Virus record (IMG/VR): IMGVR_UViG_3300027971_000043
Location: 1 to 64,000 of that record
Strand: one strand, 5' to 3'
DNA length: 64,000 nt
Source: a virus
The notes under the pieces are model-generated. The model had not been told where the DNA came from. It ran no database searches and worked only from the letters and a program-made list of their open reading frames with translations. The position numbers and the translations under genes were made by a program. This document shows, in pieces, positions 36,851-46,774 of this stretch (within the stretch, counting starts at the first letter, position 1; the number at the start of each line of letters is the position of its first letter).

Positions 36851-38068
36851 TTACGCCATGTTGGGAATTTCACCCATTGCAAACGCTCTCATTTGGATCT
36901 GAGGTCGGCCAATGTTAGCTCCGTCCACCTCTCTTAGTTCTTCTTTCAAAAGATCCACAGCTTTTTCCTCGTAAACTTGGGCTTCAACAAGATTGTTATT
37001 TTCTTCTTTTTCAATGGCAATTGCCATCATCTTGAGGGCGCCGAGGTTGGTGACGATAAGATCGTCATCGTCGCCTGTGACCGGAATAAACTTACGTTTG
37101 GCAAGTACCGTAACGGCAGACCCTTCCTCATTTTCAAAGCCCGGAATTGCATAACGCCTATACTGGGGCAAAGTCTCGTCGGGCGCAAGTATGGCGATGC
37201 AGTATTCGGAACCCGTGGTCGGATCAACTGCATAGACACGGACCCAACCTTTCGTAGGGCTTTTGTTTATTGCATCGATGCTTCTGAAGGCATTAACTGT
37301 GGTGCGGGGGAGTTCTGTTAAAGTTAGTACAGCTGGATTGTTGTAACCAACTTGCCACGGGTATGCGGAATTCAATGATGAGGAAGTCTCTACACTACTG
37401 TCGGGAGCTATAAATTGCCAGACAGACCCGTTATTTACTATAATCCACCCGTTAAGATTTCTGTAAGCGGGTTTTGAGTTTGCTGTGGTATAAAAAGCAT
37501 AAACACCGTTAGCCACAACGGCTGCCCCAGCAAACCCAGAAACCAATACACTAGAATTCCCCGAACCGGCGCTCAAGTTCAAACGCTCGCCGTCGATGTA
37601 GGCTCCGTTTTCCTGCGTCTGGATTCGGTCGTTGTAAGTATCTGATCCGCGAAATAGAATGGTTGAGGTGGCGTCTTCAATAAGATCGGTGTAAACACGA
37701 ATAAAACTTTGAGCCGCCAAAGACCTAAAGCAAGGAACATAGCCACGGTCGACTAACTGCCTCCAATCTCCGGGTTGAGCCATTCCCGGGCCATTGGCCA
37801 TAAATTCATACCACTGGTTATAAACCTGTGCAGGAGCTCCCCCAAAGTTATATCCTAGGATTGATTCAAACTCGCGGGGAAGAGTGATGCACCCGCCGTA
37901 AACACAAACGGAATACCGTCCGTAAGTTCCCGCATAAAGTCCCTTATTGAGCAACCTTTCCTGAGCTTCGTTTACGCGAGCCAAAAGCTGGGGATTATCT
38001 GCGCACATTCCATTTTGGGTAACGCGGGCTAACTGTTGTTTTACCGATCCGTATGTTCTGCGGATCAT
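36851..38068 (-). CDS. Tail adaptor / tail tubular protein A-like
   Basis: RVNEAQERL, ITLPREFESI, helical C-terminus; position in tail module. Confidence 0.6.
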   Translation of the reverse strand: MIRRTYGSVKQQLARVTQNGMCADNPQLLARVNEAQERLLNKGLYAGTYGRYSVCVYGGCITLPREFESILGYNFGGAPAQVYNQWYEFMANGPGMAQPGDWRQLVDRGYVPCFRSLAAQSFIRVYTDLIEDATSTILFRGSDTYNDRIQTQENGAYIDGERLNLSAGSGNSSVLVSGFAGAAVVANGVYAFYTTANSKPAYRNLNGWIIVNNGSVWQFIAPDSSVETSSSLNSAYPWQVGYNNPAVLTLTELPRTTVNAFRSIDAINKSPTKGWVRVYAVDPTTGSEYCIAILAPDETLPQYRRYAIPGFENEEGSAVTVLAKRKFIPVTGDDDDLIVTNLGALKMMAIAIEKEENNNLVEAQVYEEKAVDLLKEELREVDGANIGRPQIQMRAFAMGEIPNMA

Positions 38069-38487
38069 GAGTAGTTCCCTACGTAGACTTTATATTTGTA
38101 TCCGTTGGGGGCGGTTGGAGTGGGCGGAGTTAAAAGTTCTTGCCCCGCCACGGTATAAGTGCTAGATCCCTCTCCCCACGGGGCAATAACATTTGATGTT
38201 GAATCTACGAGCACCATGTCGCCAAAATTAAATTGAGTAAACTCAAGCCACGATCCATTGACAAAAAGATTGACAGTCGAGGGCAAACCAGTTTGAGCAT
38301 TGATCTTGAACCATAATTTATTTTGGTCAGAACCCGTTGGAGTGGAGGAACTAACAACGGCATAACGAAGTTCATCGGGATATTGAACTGAAAGATAAGA
38401 AGATAAAGTTGTTAGGAAGTCTCCAAAATTTCCGGGATAAGGAGTTCCGGCTGGCACACTACCGGAAGTAATCGTTATTTCGGCCAT
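38065..38487 (-). CDS. Tail-associated protein; insert-free paralog of 40515..42341
   Basis: Shared KLWF/KIWI, WLEF/WFEF, GD, PWGE, GYKYK/GFKYK blocks. Confidence 0.7.
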   Translation of the reverse strand: MAEITITSGSVPAGTPYPGNFGDFLTTLSSYLSVQYPDELRYAVVSSSTPTGSDQNKLWFKINAQTGLPSTVNLFVNGSWLEFTQFNFGDMVLVDSTSNVIAPWGEGSSTYTVAGQELLTPPTPTAPNGYKYKVYVGNYS

Positions 38488-38496
38488 AGATCCTTT

Positions 38497-38524
38497 AGAT
38501 TAAAGGGTTGCATTTTTTTGTCAA
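38497..38524 (-). promoter_or_regulatory. sigma70-type promoter
   Basis: TTGACA-16-TAATCT. Confidence 0.6.
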
Positions 38525-40518
38525 GGGAGAGGTCCGTTTCGACTTCCTGACGTAACCGCACTTGTGGCAAAATTATAAGCAGAAGAAGAAGTTATCGAAA
38601 CATCTGTTCTCAAATATGTTAACGACGCTACACTTCCTCCATTTGAATAATAATATAATGCTCCGTTACTAGAGGGTTGACCGCTTGCATTTGCCCCCAC
38701 CCCAAAACCAAAGAAAAAAATGGTGACGGGTAAAAATGGGGCGACATTCGGATTTACCAATGTTTCTCCAGCCTGTGTAAAAGTGCTGAGTCTGTAATTA
38801 TTTCCGGAAGCATATGCTGTAAAACCATAAGAAAGCGGGGAGGCTACAAATGGAGCAAAAGGAGCTAAACCAGAAACAACACCATAATTCCCCCCGGGTT
38901 GAAGATTTACTCCAGATTTTGTAAACGTATACAATAAACTTCCGCTCATGTTGTAAAACTCAAATATAATGTCAGTTGGAGAAAAAAACTGACTGTATCT
39001 AGCAACTAACATGTATTGAGAAATTCCATTGTGATTATAAATACTAAAAGAAGTAAGATTGGTGAGGCCAGTTAAAAATGTTGAGGCAACTCCAGCATCA
39101 GTAATCTTCTTTATGGCAGAGTTGTCCATAAAATAAATAGAATTGTTTGTATCAAAAAGTAATGGACTTTGACCATTTTGCGCGTCATATGCTTGTTGAT
39201 AATAAGCACCCCAAGAGGATCCATTCCATTTAGCAATCCTAAAAGTCGTATTATTATCAACATAAGAAGCATAAATTTTATTGTTAAAAGTTTCGATAAC
39301 TCCACGGAGTTGAATTGTCCCGGGGTATGGGCCAAAAGACGAACCGAGCGTTCTTAAATATCTCGTTCCCCCTAAAAGATTCGAAACATATCTAACTTTG
39401 TTTTGGCCTTCATAATAATCGACAAAAAGAGTTCCGTATGTAGAAGATGGCGATACTTGGCCGCCCCCATTAAAAAGACCCGGATTAATTGTTAAAGTTA
39501 TTGTTTTTGTGATGGTAGGACCTAACACACTTACGGCGGATAGACCTATCGACATGATTCCGGTTTCGGGCCACCCCGAGTTAAGTGTACCGCTTATGAG
39601 CCCAGTAGAAGTATTTATCGATACTCCCGAAGGAAGATTTGTCGCGCCGTATGAAGAAGCTGCATTTGAGGTTCCACCACCCAAAGTAATCTGGTAAGAA
39701 AAAGCCCCACCATCGTCTCCAGTGGTATTTCCACTCGTTATAATTGGGGGTACATTAACAGTAACATTTAGAGTAGCAACTCCAGTAAAGTATTGATTAG
39801 AGGCCGATAATATAATATTAGTTGACTGTGCGACTGAGCCTGGTGGAGTCGCGGGAGTTCCAGAAATTATTCCTGTGCTTGTGTTAATACTTAACCCGGA
39901 AGGAATTGGGGAAGCTCCAAATAATGTTGGAGACTTGGAGGCTGTAATTGTGTAAGGAGTAATCGCAGAGCCAGCGGTAAATGCAAGCGGGGTCAAAGAA
40001 CTCGTAATAACAGGACGTTGTTGAAGGGTGAAAATTAAATTTTGATTTCCAGTTCCAGCAGCATTTGTAGCACTTACGGTTGCTGTAACTGTGATAACGG
40101 CATCATTTGAAACGGATGTGGGTGTTCCAGTTATTAAACCGGTACCCGTATTAACAGATAGGCCCGTGGGTAAACTAGTTGCCCCGTAAGAGAGAATAGC
40201 GGTAGGAGAAGAAGCGGTGATTTGATACGAGAAGGCTGTAGCCATTTCATGCGTCACTGCGTCAACACTAGTAATAAAGGGCGTGGGAGGGGTATTGACA
40301 GTAAGGTCGAGAATAGCGGCGCTTGTTCCTCCAACCCCTCTGGCTAAAATGGTGATGGCAAATCGTCCGGCTTGTTGAAGTTCGCCTGAAATAACACCTT
40401 CTTGGTTTATAGACAATCCTTGAGGAAGATTCTCAGCAGCAAAATAAATTGTATTCGACGCGGTTATAGTACGTGAATACACGCCACCAGCCGTTACTGT
40501 TTGATACACAATTGTCAT
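38521..40518 (-). CDS. Fibre/receptor-binding protein with four putative Ig (He_PIG-like) repeats
   Basis: Four LPxG[LV]S[IV]NxxxGxIxG repeats followed by a beta-rich C-terminal domain. Confidence 0.75.
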   Translation of the reverse strand: MTIVYQTVTAGGVYSRTITASNTIYFAAENLPQGLSINQEGVISGELQQAGRFAITILARGVGGTSAAILDLTVNTPPTPFITSVDAVTHEMATAFSYQITASSPTAILSYGATSLPTGLSVNTGTGLITGTPTSVSNDAVITVTATVSATNAAGTGNQNLIFTLQQRPVITSSLTPLAFTAGSAITPYTITASKSPTLFGASPIPSGLSINTSTGIISGTPATPPGSVAQSTNIILSASNQYFTGVATLNVTVNVPPIITSGNTTGDDGGAFSYQITLGGGTSNAASSYGATNLPSGVSINTSTGLISGTLNSGWPETGIMSIGLSAVSVLGPTITKTITLTINPGLFNGGGQVSPSSTYGTLFVDYYEGQNKVRYVSNLLGGTRYLRTLGSSFGPYPGTIQLRGVIETFNNKIYASYVDNNTTFRIAKWNGSSWGAYYQQAYDAQNGQSPLLFDTNNSIYFMDNSAIKKITDAGVASTFLTGLTNLTSFSIYNHNGISQYMLVARYSQFFSPTDIIFEFYNMSGSLLYTFTKSGVNLQPGGNYGVVSGLAPFAPFVASPLSYGFTAYASGNNYRLSTFTQAGETLVNPNVAPFLPVTIFFFGFGVGANASGQPSSNGALYYYSNGGSVASLTYLRTDVSITSSSAYNFATSAVTSGSRNGPLP

Positions 40519-42341
40519 GGTGTTATTACTGGAAGATCGGGTTGAAGCATTCGAGCGCCGATATAGTACTTGTATTTAAATCCTACTGGAGGAGTTGGTA
40601 AGACTGGGACTGTAAAGTTTGCCTCTCCCCAGGGAGATAAATCATAAACTTTCCCGGACTCACCCCAGGGGAATGTAACATCTTCGTCGTCAGAAGTTAT
40701 AATAATATCCCCCCGGTTCAGGGTAGAAAACTCAAACCATGCCCCTGAAGAATATCGTCTAAGCGCTGGTGTTGCAAAATTTGTTGTCGGAACTGCGTCA
40801 AAAATTTGAATGTTCATTCCTTTGGTAGAGGTTCCGGATGAATTAGTTGCGCCGAGAAGAACAGGAAATATTCCGGAAACCGTTGGCGTTCCAGAAATAA
40901 GACCCGTGGACGAATTTAAACTAAGCCCAGTCGGAAGACCAGTAGCGGAATAAGAAATTACGGGAGCTGGAGAAGCCACAATTTGATACGAAAAAGCAGC
41001 ATTTATAAAACCAGAAGAATAGTCGGAACTAGTAATTTCGGGGGACTCTTGAAGCAGTAATCCCTGGCGCGTTTGATGGTTACTTATTGAAACATCAAAA
41101 GCATTATCTATTGCTCCACTAGAAGTTAGTCTATACGCCTTTGCCGGGAACGTAACACCCGACACAAAACAAGCACCAGAATTTGAAACAGCTAAACTGT
41201 AGAGGGTGGCTCCATTGGCTGCAAAAGAAGTGGAAAAGGTACTATCGACAGAACCATTTGAATTTAAGCGGACTACTTTTATTCCGGGATTATTAAATTG
41301 ACCGCATATGTATATTTTTCCATTTGATGCTTCAACAATATTTTCTATCTGAGAGGTTGTATTAACCGGTGAAAAAGAAGTATCTAGAGCTCCAGTAGGC
41401 AAAAGTCTTCGTAGCAACCCGGATACTTGTTGTGATGCAAATAAAATTTTCTGATCGCCCTGAATCCATAGACACGGGTTCCCAGAGAGAAAATCATTCG
41501 AATAAGGAGTGAAGGAAGTGTCTAAAGAGGCTGTTGACGTCAGACGACAAAATCCTATTCTATTAGCGGATAGGTTTACGCCTTTATAACGATCAAACAA
41601 ACCTCCGATCAAAATGGATCCGTTTGATTGAATCCCCACGGTTGAAATCACTGCTTGGTTTCCGGCTATATTACTAACTCCGGTTGTAGAAACAAAAGTT
41701 GAATCTAGTGTTCCATCAGTATTAATTCTTACTATGCACACGGCGGCGGTTGCATTGTAGGTGGCAAAATCTCCAAAAGCTATAATCTTCCCGTCCGGTT
41801 GAACTTGAAGCCCGCGAACAAAAGGGTAGGTTCCCCCAAAAACTCCAGCAGCAAAAGTTCCGTCTTGGCTCCCGTCGGAATTAATTCTATAAATAGTGTT
41901 TGCTCCGGAACTAGTATTCATAACTGCAATATAATATTTTCCGGAAGGTCCTAAGGCGAGACCACGTATAGAAGGATTAGTAATACTGATCCACGAAACT
42001 GAAAAAGTGTTGTCGAGTGCTCCGGTAGTTGGATTGTAAGCTCGGAGCATAGTGGCTGGAGAATAAGAGTCCGACACGACCAGAATTCTGGTGGCGGAAG
42101 TTCCTGACGGAGGCGGTGGAACTGGAAGTGGAGGTTCAGGAGCATCACCAGGCTGAGGCGTATGAATCCAAATTTTATCGTTGTCCTCTACCGAAGGAAT
42201 AGTACCACCTGTGACATAAATATCCTCAACGTCTGTTCTCTCTACATGAGCATTCAACGCTACGTGATCTACAGTATCCTGAACGGTACGAGGATAATCA
42301 TCAAATCCGGGAGGATTAAAATAGACAGAATACTCGCTCAT
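40515..42341 (-). CDS. Tail-associated protein with delta-60 (DUF5122-like) beta-propeller repeats and one Ig repeat
   Basis: Repeated RxNxDGxLDxTF and QPDGKII; LPTGLSLNSSTGLISGTP; start at ATGA overlap. Confidence 0.8.
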   Translation of the reverse strand: MSEYSVYFNPPGFDDYPRTVQDTVDHVALNAHVERTDVEDIYVTGGTIPSVEDNDKIWIHTPQPGDAPEPPLPVPPPPSGTSATRILVVSDSYSPATMLRAYNPTTGALDNTFSVSWISITNPSIRGLALGPSGKYYIAVMNTSSGANTIYRINSDGSQDGTFAAGVFGGTYPFVRGLQVQPDGKIIAFGDFATYNATAAVCIVRINTDGTLDSTFVSTTGVSNIAGNQAVISTVGIQSNGSILIGGLFDRYKGVNLSANRIGFCRLTSTASLDTSFTPYSNDFLSGNPCLWIQGDQKILFASQQVSGLLRRLLPTGALDTSFSPVNTTSQIENIVEASNGKIYICGQFNNPGIKVVRLNSNGSVDSTFSTSFAANGATLYSLAVSNSGACFVSGVTFPAKAYRLTSSGAIDNAFDVSISNHQTRQGLLLQESPEITSSDYSSGFINAAFSYQIVASPAPVISYSATGLPTGLSLNSSTGLISGTPTVSGIFPVLLGATNSSGTSTKGMNIQIFDAVPTTNFATPALRRYSSGAWFEFSTLNRGDIIITSDDEDVTFPWGESGKVYDLSPWGEANFTVPVLPTPPVGFKYKYYIGARMLQPDLPVITP

Positions 42342-44299
42342 CCGCATTCTCCCAAATCGCTGATGTCCTTGCGGGAAGCATGAAGTCTGAACAGCGCAAG
42401 CTTAGCCTGGCCCTCCCAATAAAGCTTGGCCTGGAACATATAACCAAAATTAGACAACCGATTTGTAAGGTCAAGACAAACAGATTCTGGCTTCACAGTT
42501 CGGACTGTCCTGAATCCATAAGGAAGGTCGGGTGGAGATTGTGTCGTTAGGACTGGAGTTTCCTGTTCGTTGGGTATCGTCTTCTCTTGAATTGAGTAAA
42601 ATAGATTAACAAAGTCTGGACTATATTTCAAATTCCAAGTGACGTCTCCATATACATCTGTAAACCCAACGTCTGCCCGCATAAGAGTCTTGATGTCAAA
42701 GGGAGTTCCAAATGAAAAGCGTTTAGTTTCGACTGAACATTCAATAGGGGTTGTAACGACGCCAGCATTTCGGGAAGGTTTTATTTCGTCGGCATAATCT
42801 GCGAGGGTAACTTCATAGAGGCAATTTTTACCATCTGAATCGCATGTAATTGCAAAACATCGTCTGGAATTGTCGAACGTTCCTTCCACTAGTTTGCAAA
42901 TTTGAAAACCATTCCACTCTCCATCAAATACAGGAACTGGAGCGTTAAGCACTGACCCTGCGTTAAAATCTTTGCTTACAATTTTAGAGAAAACAATGTT
43001 AAACCTTCCGGTGTAATTACCATTTGCATCAGTGATTCTTTGAATTTTTGGAGCTCCACCAAGAAGATATCGACTGTCAAACAAAGCCCCAGGAGCATAA
43101 GTTAGCCATCTTTCGGTATCAAAAGACATTACCCTAGCCGCTTCCAAACTGTCGACAAAACTAACAACTCCGGCCGCATTTATAGTTTGGGCCAGAGATC
43201 TTATTCCTTCTAAAGATCTAAAATACACATCTTTATCTGTAACAATAATTGATTCTTGGTTTTCTGATCCTCGACCAACAAATATCTTTCTTTGCATTCC
43301 TGGCGTAGTTTGCCAAGTTGTGCGATCGTAATTAGTGGCTCGAATAGCGTAAATTGCGTTTTGTGTGAAAACAATAAGATCTCCTTGGCCAACAGAATTG
43401 TCTTGTCCAGGTAAGAACACAAGTCCAGTTATATTCTCGTTAAAATAAAAACTTCCGCCACCAGTTAAATAAATTGTTTCAGTAAACTTAATTTCAGCAT
43501 TCAAGCTTGAACCAACAAGATCTCCGGCAAAAAGGTTATTGTTATTAGCAACCCATAACCGACCATTGCCGTAAGCTACAAGTGAACCTACGGGTATTGA
43601 AATATTGTCGCGAACAATCCCTGGAGAATAAAAAAGAAGCGTGGTAACAATAGTTCTTGTTGCGTCTTTACTTAAAGTAATAGTAGAATTTTCAATATCA
43701 AAAGATGTTACAAAAGTTTCATCTTGTACGGCTCCGGAATTGGAGGCAACCAACATTCCAACTTCAATCCCAACCACATTGGGTACGGCAATGAGATTAT
43801 TGTTTGCCCCCAAAACAGCATCGGTAATCGTCACTGCTGGACTGGCTAATTGTGTTTTCCCTTGGGACCTAAAAGAAGTAGCTCCGTCGTAAACAATAGC
43901 CGGAGAGGTTCCGTCCTGCGAAACCAGAAAAGCGTTTGCTTGCACCAAAGAAGATTTTTGAGATACAAAAGGACTTGCCTCACCAGGAGGAGAAATATCT
44001 CGAGCCTGTGTTGAGGCTTCTAACGGAGCGAGATCGTATAACTTGCCATTAATCAAAGCTACCAAATCCTGTGTATTCCGAATTCGATTTGTGAAGTAGC
44101 AAGCTCCCTGAACAACGCCAGGAGGAAGTAACTTAATAAATTTAAAACCAGGGCGGGTCTTGGGAAAACCATCTCGGACGACAATATTTTCACCCCATGA
44201 GTATTGATTCTCTGAGATTAGGGCTGGGTCAACGGCAGAATTAGCTCCCCCCAGAAAGGACCCCATCCCCTCTGTTAACCTATTCTGGTCGGAAATCAT
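42338..44299 (-). CDS. Tail nozzle/stabilisation protein (tail tubular B / P22 gp10-like)
   Basis: NIVVRDGFPKTRPG, GRLWVA, DVYFRS; beta-propeller composition; synteny. Confidence 0.7.
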   Translation of the reverse strand: MISDQNRLTEGMGSFLGGANSAVDPALISENQYSWGENIVVRDGFPKTRPGFKFIKLLPPGVVQGACYFTNRIRNTQDLVALINGKLYDLAPLEASTQARDISPPGEASPFVSQKSSLVQANAFLVSQDGTSPAIVYDGATSFRSQGKTQLASPAVTITDAVLGANNNLIAVPNVVGIEVGMLVASNSGAVQDETFVTSFDIENSTITLSKDATRTIVTTLLFYSPGIVRDNISIPVGSLVAYGNGRLWVANNNNLFAGDLVGSSLNAEIKFTETIYLTGGGSFYFNENITGLVFLPGQDNSVGQGDLIVFTQNAIYAIRATNYDRTTWQTTPGMQRKIFVGRGSENQESIIVTDKDVYFRSLEGIRSLAQTINAAGVVSFVDSLEAARVMSFDTERWLTYAPGALFDSRYLLGGAPKIQRITDANGNYTGRFNIVFSKIVSKDFNAGSVLNAPVPVFDGEWNGFQICKLVEGTFDNSRRCFAITCDSDGKNCLYEVTLADYADEIKPSRNAGVVTTPIECSVETKRFSFGTPFDIKTLMRADVGFTDVYGDVTWNLKYSPDFVNLFYSIQEKTIPNEQETPVLTTQSPPDLPYGFRTVRTVKPESVCLDLTNRLSNFGYMFQAKLYWEGQAKLALFRLHASRKDISDLGECG

Positions 44300-45204
44300 T
44301 AGACCGCCAGAATATAGGTTGAGACTATAACGTTTAAATTAATGGATACTGAACTGTAGGCATTAGTGCTGTAGTTGTGAAAAAATACATTTACAGTATT
44401 TGTGGCAGAAACAACAGCTGAAATAGACACGTCAGTTTCAAAGGTAGTTGCTGGATTTGTTGCGTATCCAATAGTCACAACATCACCCAAGGCTGCCCCA
44501 GTACAAGTTAGAGAAACACTTTGGACGGAACCAATGGATCCGGCTAGGGTAACAGTAGCTGTAGGCGTAAAAAATAAAAGTTTGGTAAGCTCGGCTGCTG
44601 GAACTCCACTTCCAACACGGAGTCTAGCACCTTTTACGTATCCAGAAGAAACTAATGTATTGCCCGTAACTTCCATGCTGCCGCCAACAGTTAAAGTTGA
44701 TCCTCCGGCAGCAGGACTTACATTGATACCGACCTTATTCAAAACGGCATCGGCTTGGATTAGGGGAAGACTATTTGATCCGCTCACCCTAAAAGCTGGA
44801 TTAACGGAGGTAAAAGACTGATTGATATCAATCGAAGTTAGATTTGGGTCAATGTATCCTGCGACGGATGAGGGTGAGATTCTACGATTTGAAGAAACAG
44901 TTGAACCGGAAGCAACTAAATCTATATTGACTAATTCTACCGTAATTGAAGTTGAAGATACAATAGCAATAACTTGATAGTACCCAGCCTGAGCAATATA
45001 AATATTTTGCCCTAAAGCGATCCAGGCAGAATCACCAACAGAAATAGTTACATTTGATCCTACATTTGGTTGAGTAAAAGAAGCGGTAAGGGTTGTGAAA
45101 GCATTAATACCATTCGTACCGTTAGTGCCGTTGAACCCACCAAGACCCTGAGGTCCTTGAGGTCCGGCTTCTCCAATTACAAGTGTATTACAATCGCAGC
45201 TCAT
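44299..45204 (-). CDS. Fibre-like protein with short collagen-like segment
   Basis: GEAGPQGPQGLGGFNGTNGTNG; C-terminal TGAALGD...VSATNTV domain. Confidence 0.7.
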   Translation of the reverse strand: MSCDCNTLVIGEAGPQGPQGLGGFNGTNGTNGINAFTTLTASFTQPNVGSNVTISVGDSAWIALGQNIYIAQAGYYQVIAIVSSTSITVELVNIDLVASGSTVSSNRRISPSSVAGYIDPNLTSIDINQSFTSVNPAFRVSGSNSLPLIQADAVLNKVGINVSPAAGGSTLTVGGSMEVTGNTLVSSGYVKGARLRVGSGVPAAELTKLLFFTPTATVTLAGSIGSVQSVSLTCTGAALGDVVTIGYATNPATTFETDVSISAVVSATNTVNVFFHNYSTNAYSSVSINLNVIVSTYILAV

Positions 45205-45214
45205 TTAGTCCTCC

Positions 45215-46132
45215 TTATGCGGTTTTGATAATAGCTACTTTAAAGTTGTAAGCAGCCCCCGGGGCAATTATTCCGGATGTCGGATTGTGAGCCCTAACAG
45301 TTACCGTATTAGTAGCAGATACGAAAGCTTCAAAAATAAGCTTACCATTGGTAGTTCCGCGACCAGCCGTATCCAAGCAGGTGACAAAAACAACATCGGT
45401 GGTGGCTGCACCAGTAAGTGTAATTGTTAAATCTACAAACCCTCCTGCGGTGATAGAACCGAAAGAAAGTGATGTAGAAGCACTAATCAAAGCAATCGGC
45501 AACGTTCCAGTGATATTGGGGAGAGTAACTGTTCGGGCGGCGGTGGCTGACCCATTGAGGGTGGTTCTAGTTGTAGAAACTCCAAATTCAATCGACCCAG
45601 TCCCACGGGTATTGATTGAACCACCTCCAGAGGAAGTATTGATCGACCCTCCGGGTTCAGTTCCGCTTCCATTAGTATAAATACTTCCTCCTGGCGCCGT
45701 AACTTCTTCTCCGTGCGTATCGATAACGCCGCCACCACTATCTTCCCCATAAGTATAGATATACCCACCAGCTCCTCCCGTGCCGGCAGAGGTATTGATG
45801 TTGCCGCCGCCATAACCAGAACCAGTACCCCTTGTATCTATGTACCCGCCCGCACCATCGCTTCCTGTTGTGTTGATGTACCCACCACTAGAACCGCCAT
45901 CAGTTGCCGATGTGTCTATGTACCCACCTGCCTGACCTCCCTCGTCTCCGCTTGTTTTAATATACCCACCAGTTCCAGCTAGATTTCTTGTATCGATTGA
46001 ACCGCCGAGTGGCAGAAGAAGAGGGTTTGGGATAAGTGCTGCGACAAGATTAGCGGGAGGAGGAGTAGTATTCGCCCCGGCTGTTCCGCAATCGCAATCT
46101 CGGGCGTAGTTGTCGGGATTAGGAAAACTCAT
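45215..46132 (-). CDS. Gly-rich fibre protein with GGxIxT repeats
   Basis: About 11 GG[YSNV]I[DNKY]T repeats; same C-terminal domain. Confidence 0.7.
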   Translation of the reverse strand: MSFPNPDNYARDCDCGTAGANTTPPPANLVAALIPNPLLLPLGGSIDTRNLAGTGGYIKTSGDEGGQAGGYIDTSATDGGSSGGYINTTGSDGAGGYIDTRGTGSGYGGGNINTSAGTGGAGGYIYTYGEDSGGGVIDTHGEEVTAPGGSIYTNGSGTEPGGSINTSSGGGSINTRGTGSIEFGVSTTRTTLNGSATAARTVTLPNITGTLPIALISASTSLSFGSITAGGFVDLTITLTGAATTDVVFVTCLDTAGRGTTNGKLIFEAFVSATNTVTVRAHNPTSGIIAPGAAYNFKVAIIKTA

Positions 46133-46139
46133 CGCAAGT

Positions 46140-46167
46140 AGTATGGCAACTGGTTTTTGGGAGTCAA
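46140..46167 (-). promoter_or_regulatory. sigma70-type promoter, leaderless
   Basis: TTGACT-16-CATACT, 7 nt before ATG at 46132. Confidence 0.65.
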
Positions 46168-46174
46168 TATGAGA

Positions 46175-46774
46175 CTATATGTTTACGAGTAGACATTCAG
46201 CGTATGCGTCTCCGCGGAATGTTGTAAAAGTAAACCCGCTTGTATCAGCTGAATAAGCAACCGAAACGCCCAGCGTTAATGACTCTCCAGTAAGTAGAGT
46301 TCTTCGACCCCCAGCCGGAGTGGAGGCAAATCCAAAATGATCTGTGATGTTATAGGCAGAAAGAGGATTCTCGACTGTTCCTGAGGTAAAAGCGAAAGAA
46401 TTAGTGACAGTAGTAGTTGTTCCGTTTCTGTAGCCCCGCAGAGTTGGGGCCTTCCAGTTATACCCAAGATAAGTTCCGCTAAGGGCCAATCCCGTTAATC
46501 TTATATACAAGTTTTTAACTATCACGTTCTTTCCGGCGGGAGTACTAAACGCTCCGCCGTCTGTCCCCGTAAAAAGGACAGAATTTACTCCTCCCGCTCC
46601 GATTACTGGGCTAAGTAAATTAAAATTTGTTACCCTCAAAGTAAAGGAACTAGTGGTTGGGTCGAATGGCGGGGTTATTGGCGAAGAAGAAGAAGCAGTA
46701 ACAATTGTCGGCTCAACAACAGGACTTAAAACATTTCTGTTGCGACCCGTTGTGTCCATATCAGACAGACTCAT
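46175..46774 (-). CDS. Beta-rich putative structural protein
   Basis: S/T/G-rich 199-aa ORF, AAGGAG RBS. Confidence 0.6.
   Translation of the reverse strand: MSLSDMDTTGRNRNVLSPVVEPTIVTASSSSPITPPFDPTTSSFTLRVTNFNLLSPVIGAGGVNSVLFTGTDGGAFSTPAGKNVIVKNLYIRLTGLALSGTYLGYNWKAPTLRGYRNGTTTTVTNSFAFTSGTVENPLSAYNITDHFGFASTPAGGRRTLLTGESLTLGVSVAYSADTSGFTFTTFRGDAYAECLLVNI

Noticed and set aside
38521-46132. Diversity-generating retroelement or invertible fibre cassette
   Set aside because: No reverse transcriptase, invertase or near-identical DNA repeat pair seen; the similarities are at protein level only
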